DNA from: a virus
Lineage: Duplodnaviria > Caudoviricetes
IMG/VR virus record: IMGVR_UViG_3300029288_000060
Span: 1-64,000 of that record
Length of the DNA stretch: 64,000 bases
Direction: 5' to 3' (one strand)
The first letter of the stretch is position 1, and every line of letters begins with the position of its first letter. The notes under the pieces were generated by a model, which had not been told where the DNA came from, made no database searches, and worked only from the letters and a program-made list of their open reading frames with translations. Made by a program: the position numbers and the translations under genes. This document shows positions 19,347 through 26,695 of this stretch, piece by piece.

Positions 19347-20496
19347 AGTAATGTTAAAATGTCAAGAATGTGGTAGAGAATTTCAAAACTATACAAGTCT
19401 TGGAAGTCATATTGGACAATCACATAGAGAATTAACAACAAAAGGTTATTATGACAAATACATGAAAAAAGATCCAAATGAAGGTATTTGTAAAAGATGT
19501 GGAAAACCAACAAAATTTGTGTATTTGACTGTTGGATATAATGAATGTTGTTCAAGAAAATGTTCAACAAATATTGTAGACTATAAAAAAAAATACAATA
19601 AAAATCAAATACCACAAATTTGTAGTTTTTGTAATAAAGAATTTAGAAATAAGATTTCTTTATCAAGACATATTGAAACATTCCATAAAGAAGAATCTAA
19701 AAAAATTAAAGAAGAACAAAATAAAAATAAAAAAATTAAATGTGAAATTTGTGGTAGAAAATTTAATGATTTAAGAAGTTTAGGAATTCATATTGGTTTG
19801 CTACATGGAGAAGGAAAGAGAGAAGTTGTAAAAGAATATTATGATAAATATCTAAAAAAAGATTCAACTGAAGGAATTTGTAAAACCTGTGGAAAAGAAA
19901 CAAATTTTATTTTAATTACAAAAGGATATAACATTCATTGTAATACAAAATGTGCAAAATTAGATCCAGAAGTAGAGAAAAAAAGCCAAGAAACATGTTT
20001 TAAAAAATTTGGTGTAAGTAACTGGGGAAAAACAGAAGAAAATAAAAATTTAGCTAGCGAGAGAATGAAGAATGGAGCTGCTGCATATGCATTATCATTT
20101 GTAACAAATCCATCAAAACCTCAAATTGAATTATTTAATTTAGTTAAAGAGTTATATCCTTCAACAATTTTAAATTTGCCAATTAAATTTTTTAATAGAA
20201 ATATTGATATAGCGATTCCTGAATTTAATATTGCTATAGAATATGATGGTTCATTTTGGCACCAAAATAAAGAAGAAGATGACAACAAAAGACAAAAAGA
20301 AATAGAATCTTTAGGGTGGAGGTTTCTTAGATATTGTGATTATATACCTTCAAAAAATGAATTAAAAAATGATATAAATGAATTAAAAGAAGAATTTATT
20401 AAAAACGATGAAAAAGCTGTAGTATTAAGTGAATACTTTTCTTTTAATTTTAATACATTTAAAATTGATAAAATTTTACAAGAGATAAAACTATGA
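19330..20496 (+). CDS. Putative homing endonuclease: C2H2 zinc fingers plus Vsr/DUF559-like PD-(D/E)xK domain
   Basis: CQECGREF...H...H repeats; SKPQIEL...DIAIP..NIAIEYDGSFWH...LGWRFLR. Confidence 0.8.
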   Translation: MKDGYKVMLKCQECGREFQNYTSLGSHIGQSHRELTTKGYYDKYMKKDPNEGICKRCGKPTKFVYLTVGYNECCSRKCSTNIVDYKKKYNKNQIPQICSFCNKEFRNKISLSRHIETFHKEESKKIKEEQNKNKKIKCEICGRKFNDLRSLGIHIGLLHGEGKREVVKEYYDKYLKKDSTEGICKTCGKETNFILITKGYNIHCNTKCAKLDPEVEKKSQETCFKKFGVSNWGKTEENKNLASERMKNGAAAYALSFVTNPSKPQIELFNLVKELYPSTILNLPIKFFNRNIDIAIPEFNIAIEYDGSFWHQNKEEDDNKRQKEIESLGWRFLRYCDYIPSKNELKNDINELKEEFIKNDEKAVVLSEYFSFNFNTFKIDKILQEIKL

Positions 20497-21053
20497 ATTT
20501 AACTACATATCTAAACTATATTAATGAACAATTTGGAGTTGCTCCTAAACCTTCAGTTCGAAAACCTCAAGCTTCTAGACCTACATCAACAAAAAGACTT
20601 CAACCAAAAACTCCAAAAGTTTCAACAGCTCCAGTAAATCCTCAGACAAAAAAACAACAATCAATTCCAAAGAATACACTTGACCAAATTAAGAATCAAG
20701 CAGCACAGAAAAATCCTAAAGCATATTTTAATTATATGTTATGGACAACTAAAATTTTAAAACAAGGTGAAATTTTTAGAAAAAAATGTTATTCTGATAA
20801 TTGTGAGCAATTTGAAGCAGGAACTGGAGATAGAAGAATTTGTAAAGATAGATGTGATATTGAAACATGTAAAAAAGTAATTCAATTATTAAAAACATCT
20901 ATCTCAAAATGTAGTCAATCACAACAACCAGATAAATGTAAAGTTAGATATATGCAATTAATTCCTTTATATCAAGATAAGTTAAATAAGATTTCAAAGA
21001 AGTTTATAGAAGCAGAAAAAAGAAAACAAAAATCAAATTTACAAGTAGGATAA
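20493..21053 (+). CDS. Basic Cys-rich putative virion protein
   Basis: YLNYINEQ N-terminus; C-terminal Cys pattern similar to 12563 and 62247 ORFs. Confidence 0.6.
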   Translation: MNLTTYLNYINEQFGVAPKPSVRKPQASRPTSTKRLQPKTPKVSTAPVNPQTKKQQSIPKNTLDQIKNQAAQKNPKAYFNYMLWTTKILKQGEIFRKKCYSDNCEQFEAGTGDRRICKDRCDIETCKKVIQLLKTSISKCSQSQQPDKCKVRYMQLIPLYQDKLNKISKKFIEAEKRKQKSNLQVG

Positions 21054-21067
21054 TAGGAGAAAACAAA

Positions 21068-21553
21068 ATGAGTAAAGAAAAATTACAAAAAATAATTACA
21101 GAAAATTTTATCAATGGAAAGATTGGAGTTAATAAGTATATAAAAATGAGCGAAAAAGTTGAGAATATTTCTGAAAAAAAATCTGAAGAAATTATAACAG
21201 AAATTAATTGGAAAGCCGTTGCAGTTGTTGGTGGAGTATCATTGATGGCGTTGCTTTCAATATGGGCGGAGATTATGGATAGAAAGAAACGATTTAATGA
21301 AGAGTGGAAAAAATGTAAGGATAAATGTGCAAAAATTTATGAGCCTAAAATAAAAAAAGCAAAAAATCTTGAAGATGAAGATGATATCAGTGATATAAAA
21401 GAACTATATGAAAATTGTAAAGATAAATGTTCAGATATATATTATAAAAAACAAGAAGAATTAAAAAAGAAACAAATAGAAGTTAAAAATAAAATCAATA
21501 AAGCGAAAGCCGAGATAAAAAGAAGAAAATCCTTAGCCTCAAAAAAGAAATAA
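21068..21553 (+). CDS. Putative virion protein with hydrophobic segment and CKDKC repeats
   Basis: N-terminus paralogous to 22091 ORF (KEKLQKIIxE). Confidence 0.6.
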   Translation: MSKEKLQKIITENFINGKIGVNKYIKMSEKVENISEKKSEEIITEINWKAVAVVGGVSLMALLSIWAEIMDRKKRFNEEWKKCKDKCAKIYEPKIKKAKNLEDEDDISDIKELYENCKDKCSDIYYKKQEELKKKQIEVKNKINKAKAEIKRRKSLASKKK

Positions 21554-21573
21554 TTTTAAAAAAGGAATCAATA

Positions 21574-22098
21574 ATGGGAATAGTGATTAAAGATTTAAAC
21601 ACACTTAAAGACTTTATAGATGAAGAAAAATTTAATGGTAAAACAATCGTATTTGGTAATGGCTGTTTTGAATTGTTACATGTTGGTCACATAAGATTTT
21701 TTAAAGAAGCTAAAAAATTAGGACATGTTTTAATTATTGCAGTTAATTCAGATTCAGCCCTTTCAGAATTAGGAAAAAGAAAAGAAGTAATAATTCCAGA
21801 AGATGAAAGACTTGAAATATTATCTGCAATTAAGTATATTGATTATGTAACTGTTATGAATGATTTAACTTCAGATAAACTTTTATTAACATTAAAACCT
21901 CATATTAATGTTAAAGGTCCAGATTATACACAAGATAAAGTATTAGAAAAAGATACCATTAAATCTTATGGTGGAAAAACTGTAATAGTTTGTGAAGGCA
22001 AGAAACATCATTCAACAAGTAATATGATTAATAAAATAAATAATCAAAATAAACAATTTATTTGTCCTAAAAATAGAGGAGTAAATAGATATGTATAA
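21574..22098 (+). CDS. Cytidylyltransferase-superfamily nucleotidyltransferase (RfaE/HldE domain II-like)
   Basis: NGCFELLHVGH (HxGH), AVNSD, ERLEILSAIKYIDYV, KGPDY, HSTS. Confidence 0.88.
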   Translation: MGIVIKDLNTLKDFIDEEKFNGKTIVFGNGCFELLHVGHIRFFKEAKKLGHVLIIAVNSDSALSELGKRKEVIIPEDERLEILSAIKYIDYVTVMNDLTSDKLLLTLKPHINVKGPDYTQDKVLEKDTIKSYGGKTVIVCEGKKHHSTSNMINKINNQNKQFICPKNRGVNRYV

Positions 22099-22447
22099 AG
22101 AAAAATTACAAAAAATAATAATAGAAAGTTTTATATTGGATGAAATTGATATTATTAGTTATATTGACTTAACAGAAAGTATTGAAAATTTATCAGAAGG
22201 TAAAATACAAGTTATTAAAAAAGCTCTTGCGTTATCTAAAAAAATTACATCATTAAATAAAATAATTCCATTTAGGAAAGCTAAAATTTCTAAAATGGTT
22301 CCTGGACCAGCTAAAGATAAAGCCTTAGCTCAAGTTCAAAAATTAGAACAAGCTAATAATAGACTTAAAAAAATAAGAACAACGTTGTATGTAGGCGGAA
22401 TCTCAACAGCAGTAGGAAGTGGAGTTGTTGCAGCTACTAAAGCTTAA
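22091..22447 (+). CDS. Basic putative virion protein
   Basis: Shared N-terminus with 21068; C-terminal Gly/Ala hydrophobic tail. Confidence 0.55.
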   Translation: MYKEKLQKIIIESFILDEIDIISYIDLTESIENLSEGKIQVIKKALALSKKITSLNKIIPFRKAKISKMVPGPAKDKALAQVQKLEQANNRLKKIRTTLYVGGISTAVGSGVVAATKA

Positions 22448-22474
22448 AAATTTAGAAAATAATGAAAGGTTATA

Positions 22475-22789
22475 TTGAATATGAAAATCACGCAAATTGA
22501 AAATGCAATGACAGTACAAAAATTTAAGAATAAAGAAGATTTTTGCAATAGATTAATACAAGAAGTATTGATGTTAAGTAAAAATAGTTTATTTCATAAA
22601 AAAAATAAAAAAATTGAAGATTTAAGTAAGTATAAAAATAAGTTAATTAGTAAAGAAAAAAAATTAGATTCGTTATTAGAAAAATCAAAAAGTATAAAAG
22701 AAGATTTAAATAATAAAATTAATTTATTAGTTGAGGATAATGTTAAATATAAAAATAGATTGTTAAATAATCTTCAGGTGGTAGAATAA
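22475..22789 (+). CDS. Coiled-coil hypothetical protein
   Basis: ORF track; head block. Confidence 0.55.
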   Translation: MNMKITQIENAMTVQKFKNKEDFCNRLIQEVLMLSKNSLFHKKNKKIEDLSKYKNKLISKEKKLDSLLEKSKSIKEDLNNKINLLVEDNVKYKNRLLNNLQVVE

Positions 22790-22790
22790 A

Positions 22791-23204
22791 ATGAGAATTC
22801 TTGAAACTGAAATTAATGATATTCCTATATTAAGTGCTAAACAATCAAAATTAAATTTAGCTGATAATGTTATAAATTATATACAACCAATTTTTAGTAA
22901 GGATTATAAAAATAAGATACAAGAAATTAAAAATTTAAAAGAATTAGTCGATAAAAAACAAGAAAAAATTAAACAAGAAAAAGTTGAATTATCTAATTTA
23001 CTTAAAACTTTTTCAAAGAAAAGTAAAGAACAAGAATTACTTAATAAAATGGATAAGTTAATACAAACTGGTCTTATTCAACACACAATGAAAGAAGAAA
23101 TGATAAATTTATTAAATTCCTTTGAGAATATGGAAGAAGAAAAAATAACTAATTACTTAAATGAAGCTATAAGAGTAATTAGCCAAAAATTTGCTAAAAG
23201 TTAA
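22791..23204 (+). CDS. Coiled-coil hypothetical protein
   Basis: ORF track; head block. Confidence 0.65.
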   Translation: MRILETEINDIPILSAKQSKLNLADNVINYIQPIFSKDYKNKIQEIKNLKELVDKKQEKIKQEKVELSNLLKTFSKKSKEQELLNKMDKLIQTGLIQHTMKEEMINLLNSFENMEEEKITNYLNEAIRVISQKFAKS

Positions 23205-23220
23205 TTCTCTGCCATAAAAC

Positions 23221-23352
23221 ACCTCCTTGTTTTTATTCAAACCTCCCTCCCAGATGGCGATTGCCTAAGCTGTCTGGGAGGACCTCCGTTTACATTTTTA
23301 CATAAGTTAACTAAGTTTGTTTCTTGCTCAGTTTAGAAACAAACTTAGTTAA
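23221..23352 (+). ncRNA. Candidate structured RNA upstream of capsid promoter: three ACCUCC motifs and two hairpins
   Basis: 13-bp stem 23246-23258/23269-23281 with two G-U pairs (plus strand); perfect 18-bp stem 23307-23324/23335-23352. Confidence 0.4.
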
Positions 23353-23460
23353 AAATACTTTTAGGAATAAAACTGATTTGTAATTTTTAATAGAACATAT
23401 ATCAAATAGTTGTACCCACACTTAAATTAAAAAAAATAATTACGGGAGGTAATTAAAAAA

Positions 23461-24912
23461 ATGAAAGAAATTTTAATGGAAGCATATCGGATGACAAAGA
23501 AGGAAACTGGTATTGATCCTTCTAAACCAGGTAATCTAAAGCAAGTATTGACTGATGATAAGGCGTTTAACGTTTATGTTAAAGGTCTTGCTGAATCAAT
23601 TGAAAGTAAGAAAGACAAGGAAAATTTTATAATCCTTGCTGAGAACACCAGAGTTAATTTACTTGAAAATTCTATGTTTCAGATAAACCCTTACGAATCT
23701 CTTACTCTTCCTATTCTCCGTGTTTTCTATCCTAAACTTATTGCTAAGGAAGCAGTAACAGTTTCACCTATGGATAAACCTGAATGTGTAAAAGCATTTA
23801 TTAATGCAACATTCTCTCCTGCCAATTCTGCAACTGAATACACAGCACCAGTAACCGGGACTGATATTTCTGGTGGTCCTTCTATTGGTACTCCAGTGGC
23901 AGCGACTATGCCTGTTCCTAGCACTGCGTATGATGTTCTTGGCGCAATGTCTCTAACCACAACTCAGGCACACCTTGAAAGAGATTTTCAGATTACAGGT
24001 GTTTCAGCTGACGGTACTGCATTTACTGATGTTTCTATAGTACCTGCAGTTGAAGGTCATTTTTCTGGTTCAGTAACAATTGGTGCAACAACTGACGTTA
24101 TCTCAGGTAAAGTTGATTATTTGAATGGAACTGTTGTGGTTTCTTCTGCAACTGGATTGGTAACTGAAATTAAGTACCAGGTTACTTGTTCTCTTGAGGA
24201 AAATAGAGTCAATCCTTCTATTAAACTCAGCGTTGATAAGATTCGTCTTTATGCCAAGGATCGTCAGATCAGTGCAAACTGGACCATAAATATGGAACAG
24301 GATATGCGTGCATTATTTGATGTTTCTATGCAGGCAGAAATTGTCAACCTTCTTGGCCAGCAGATTGCTCTTGATATTGACAGGGAAATAATTCAGGCAC
24401 TTATCACTGCAAATACAAGGCTAAATTCCACAAGCCATACTGGTTCTTTTAATCGTACCCCGCCTGCAACTTATACTTGGGGTGCAAAATATTGGCACGA
24501 AAATATCACTCCAGTTCTGAATCAGCTTTCAGCTCAAGTTTATACTGACACCAATATTGATGCTGCAAATACAATTCTCGCAAATCCACTTGATGTTGCA
24601 ATTCTTGAAGATTTGAATGGTTTCGCTTATACCGGCACATCTTCAGGTGATGGTGATCTTGGTTATCGTACAGCAACAGTTGCTGGTGGTAAGTGGAGAG
24701 TTCTTACAAGTGCTGTGGTCACGCAGGGAACTATGGTATTAATATACAAACCAAGCGATGAACTAAAAGCTATTTACTTCTATTCACCCTACGTTCCTGC
24801 AGTTTTACATCCTTTCCCACTTGGTTACACACCTGCACTTACCATTCTTAGTCGCTATGCTTCAGCTTTAGTTCGTTCAAATGGTATAGCAACTCTTACA
24901 ATTGGTGCTTAA
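23461..24912 (+). CDS. Major capsid protein (T4 gp23-like HK97 fold)
   Basis: LPILRVFYPKLIA.E.VTVSPM, RQISANWTINMEQDMRA, LDIDREII, FYSPYVP, LSRY; strong SD; downstream terminator. Confidence 0.92.
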   Translation: MKEILMEAYRMTKKETGIDPSKPGNLKQVLTDDKAFNVYVKGLAESIESKKDKENFIILAENTRVNLLENSMFQINPYESLTLPILRVFYPKLIAKEAVTVSPMDKPECVKAFINATFSPANSATEYTAPVTGTDISGGPSIGTPVAATMPVPSTAYDVLGAMSLTTTQAHLERDFQITGVSADGTAFTDVSIVPAVEGHFSGSVTIGATTDVISGKVDYLNGTVVVSSATGLVTEIKYQVTCSLEENRVNPSIKLSVDKIRLYAKDRQISANWTINMEQDMRALFDVSMQAEIVNLLGQQIALDIDREIIQALITANTRLNSTSHTGSFNRTPPATYTWGAKYWHENITPVLNQLSAQVYTDTNIDAANTILANPLDVAILEDLNGFAYTGTSSGDGDLGYRTATVAGGKWRVLTSAVVTQGTMVLIYKPSDELKAIYFYSPYVPAVLHPFPLGYTPALTILSRYASALVRSNGIATLTIGA

Positions 24913-24933
24913 TTAACTTTTAAACAAAAAAAT

Positions 24934-24974
24934 AATAGGACCCAGATTGAGTAATCTTTCTGGGTCCTATTTTC
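24934..24974 (+). terminator. Intrinsic terminator after capsid gene
   Basis: AATAGGACCCAGA / TCTGGGTCCTATT followed by Ts. Confidence 0.8.
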
Positions 24975-25043
24975 CGTTCTAATTGTTTTTTAGGGTAAAT
25001 TTTGTATATGAATATATTTTTACTTTTTATTATGAATTGAAAC

Positions 25044-25077
25044 AAAAAAAAGAATCTAATTTCAGATTCTTTTTTTA
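25044..25077 (-). terminator. Probable terminator of the minus-strand accessory block
   Basis: AAAAAAAGAATCT / AGATTCTTTTTTT inverted repeat. Confidence 0.5.
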
Positions 25078-25095
25078 ATTATTATATTCATTATT

Positions 25096-25281
25096 TTAAT
25101 ATTGACCCTCATACCCGCATTCACAACATTCATTTGGTCTTCCGCAAATAAGACAAGTTATTTCACCATTGTCTTCTAGACATCCGTTTAACATAAGTTG
25201 TAAGGATTCTCCGATGGTTGGGTTTAACTCTTCTAGAGTTATTTTACCATCTAAAAATTTTTGTGCAGTATTTATATCCAT
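25096..25281 (-). CDS. Small Cys-rich hypothetical protein
   Basis: SD AAGGAG; CLICGRPNECCECG. Confidence 0.65.
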   Translation of the reverse strand: MDINTAQKFLDGKITLEELNPTIGESLQLMLNGCLEDNGEITCLICGRPNECCECGYEGQY

Positions 25282-25314
25282 ATTGTCTTCTCCTTAATTC
25301 TTTTTTATTTAAAG

Positions 25315-25427
25315 TGGTGCGGGGCAGGGATTGAACCTACATGGACATTCTGTTTCAATGGTTTTAGCTCTGCCCAGAATGTAATAACCTTAGAGCGATT
25401 AGCGTCTACCCATTCCGCCACCCGCAC
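25315..25427 (-). tRNA. Atypical tRNA-like RNA (about 113 nt), anticodon ambiguous, oversized variable region
   Basis: Leu/Ser/Tyr-type D arm GCGGAATGGGTAGACGC; T arm GTAGG-TTCAATC-CCTGC; GTGCGGG/CCCGCAC acceptor pairing; TAATC/GGTTA stem with loop GCTCTAA. Confidence 0.6.
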
Positions 25428-25444
25428 CATTTGGTTAATCTTAT

Positions 25445-25591
25445 TTACCAATATTCAGGATATGCATCGTCATAATCGTTTCCGTACTCCAAAAAACCTC
25501 CGCACGTCATACATTCATCTATTTCAATTTCTTCTTCAGTGACCTCTCGACCACATATAGCACAATACACTCCTGTTGTTTCAGTTAACAT
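25445..25591 (-). CDS. 48-aa zinc-ribbon protein (not in ORF track)
   Basis: SD GGAGG; MLTETTGVYCAICGREV...ECMTCGG. Confidence 0.65.
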   Translation of the reverse strand: MLTETTGVYCAICGREVTEEEIEIDECMTCGGFLEYGNDYDDAYPEYW

Positions 25592-25607
25592 AATTGCCTC
25601 CAACTAA

Positions 25608-25790
25608 TTAATTAGATTCTTTTTGTTTTTCAATTATTAAATTATTTATTATATTTTCAGCACGCATAAGGTCTTCCTTGTCTACTGAAAATGATTTCCT
25701 TTTTTCTACAAGAACTTGTGCATAAATTCTTGTTTTTAACTTCTGTAATTCTTCTATTGACATATTTTTTACTTCATCTGATATTATCAT
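25608..25790 (-). CDS. Small hypothetical protein
   Basis: SD AGGAGG; 60 aa. Confidence 0.65.
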   Translation of the reverse strand: MIISDEVKNMSIEELQKLKTRIYAQVLVEKRKSFSVDKEDLMRAENIINNLIIEKQKESN

Positions 25791-25952
25791 TTATTCCTCC
25801 TATATTTAAAATAACCTCCCACGTTAGGCCCGAACTACGTCGGACTCCCTTCTGTCAATGCAAAGAATGACTTAATCGGGGTCTTGGACACCACAACCCA
25901 TCATTCTAGTGGTACAAGTGGCTATTATTTTTTTTAATTTTTTGTTTATTTC

Positions 25953-26150
25953 TTAATCGTCGTCCACTCGGAAAAAAGATGATTTATCAAAACTTTTTAT
26001 ACAGCCCATACAAATACTAATATCAAGAAAGTTATATCTTCCTTCATTACAAGCGATTGCTTTTTTACATTTATTGCAATAGGTTACTTTTGGACATTTT
26101 CCTTTACAATCTCCATATAAAAAAAATGGAAGTCTGACATTGTTTCCCAT
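25953..26150 (-). CDS. Small Cys-rich hypothetical protein
   Basis: Several CxxC motifs; start uncertain. Confidence 0.5.
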   Translation of the reverse strand: MGNNVRLPFFLYGDCKGKCPKVTYCNKCKKAIACNEGRYNFLDISICMGCIKSFDKSSFFRVDDD

Positions 26151-26214
26151 CTATATTAACGCAATTATTCGCAATTTTATTCTTCAAAATGAACTCCTTT
26201 CTAATTTTAATTTT

Positions 26215-26255
26215 TGGTGAGACAATGAATATAAAACAAATTCATTGTCTCACCA
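26215..26255. other. Perfect 16-bp hairpin downstream (minus sense) of the pentamer array
   Basis: TGGTGAGACAATGAAT / ATTCATTGTCTCACCA; no clear U tract on the minus strand. Confidence 0.75.
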
Positions 26256-26302
26256 GATTCTGTTAAGGTTTACTTTTGCAAGAGCATGCATCATGTCATA
26301 TA

Positions 26303-26617
26303 GCCTCGCATTAACGAAACCCTACGCTACCCCGCAGCACACCACTCTTGCGTTACCATACGTAACTCGATCCCACTTCGCTTCTCAATAACAACACTTC
26401 CCTTTACCACGTACCACGCCACTTCGCCTTTACATAAATTTACAACACACCGCTCCACATTTACATTACTTTTGCGCCTCATTACTACACTTTGCACAAC
26501 TTTACCTTCGCGAATCATCACACCGCTCCGCTTCGCCTTTACAACACTATAATTCACGTCACTATACTATACCTTTGCGCGACCTCACCTAGCGCGACTT
26601 CGCTTTTGCTTTACCTT
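26303..26617 (-). repeat. Degenerate pentamer array (NNN-G-Y)n, about 61 units with 1-nt phase shifts; candidate guide-RNA array for the adjacent Cas7-like protein
   Basis: Manual minus-strand parse: 53 of 61 units end in GT/GC; 10 units are hexamers (e.g. AAAGGT, AAAGGC) that divide the array into mostly 31-41-nt segments; more GC-rich than flanks. Confidence 0.85.
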
Positions 26618-26651
26618 GTAATCACTCAAATTAATGAATGTTACAAATATG

Positions 26652-26685
26652 ACTGGGAAGGAATTAAACATTTTTCCTTCCCAGT
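26652..26685. other. 12-bp hairpin between Cas7-like stop codon and array
   Basis: ACTGGGAAGGAA / TTCCTTCCCAGT. Confidence 0.75.
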
Positions 26686-26695
26686 TATTTAAAAC

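Noticed and set aside
25315-25427. Amber-suppressor tRNA implying TAG recoding
   Set aside because: CUA is not centred in the pairable anticodon loop; long genes are intact in code 11 and TAG ends some ORFs (e.g. 11169)
25261-25542. 93-aa plus-strand ORF
   Set aside because: Antisense to the tRNA-like gene and a small minus-strand ORF with good SD
26327-26692. ORFs 26327-26557 (-) and 26492-26692 (+) over the pentamer array
   Set aside because: No SD, biased composition explained by the 5-nt periodicity, and +1 register shifts not tied to codons; treated as incidental ORFs, though translation is not formally excluded
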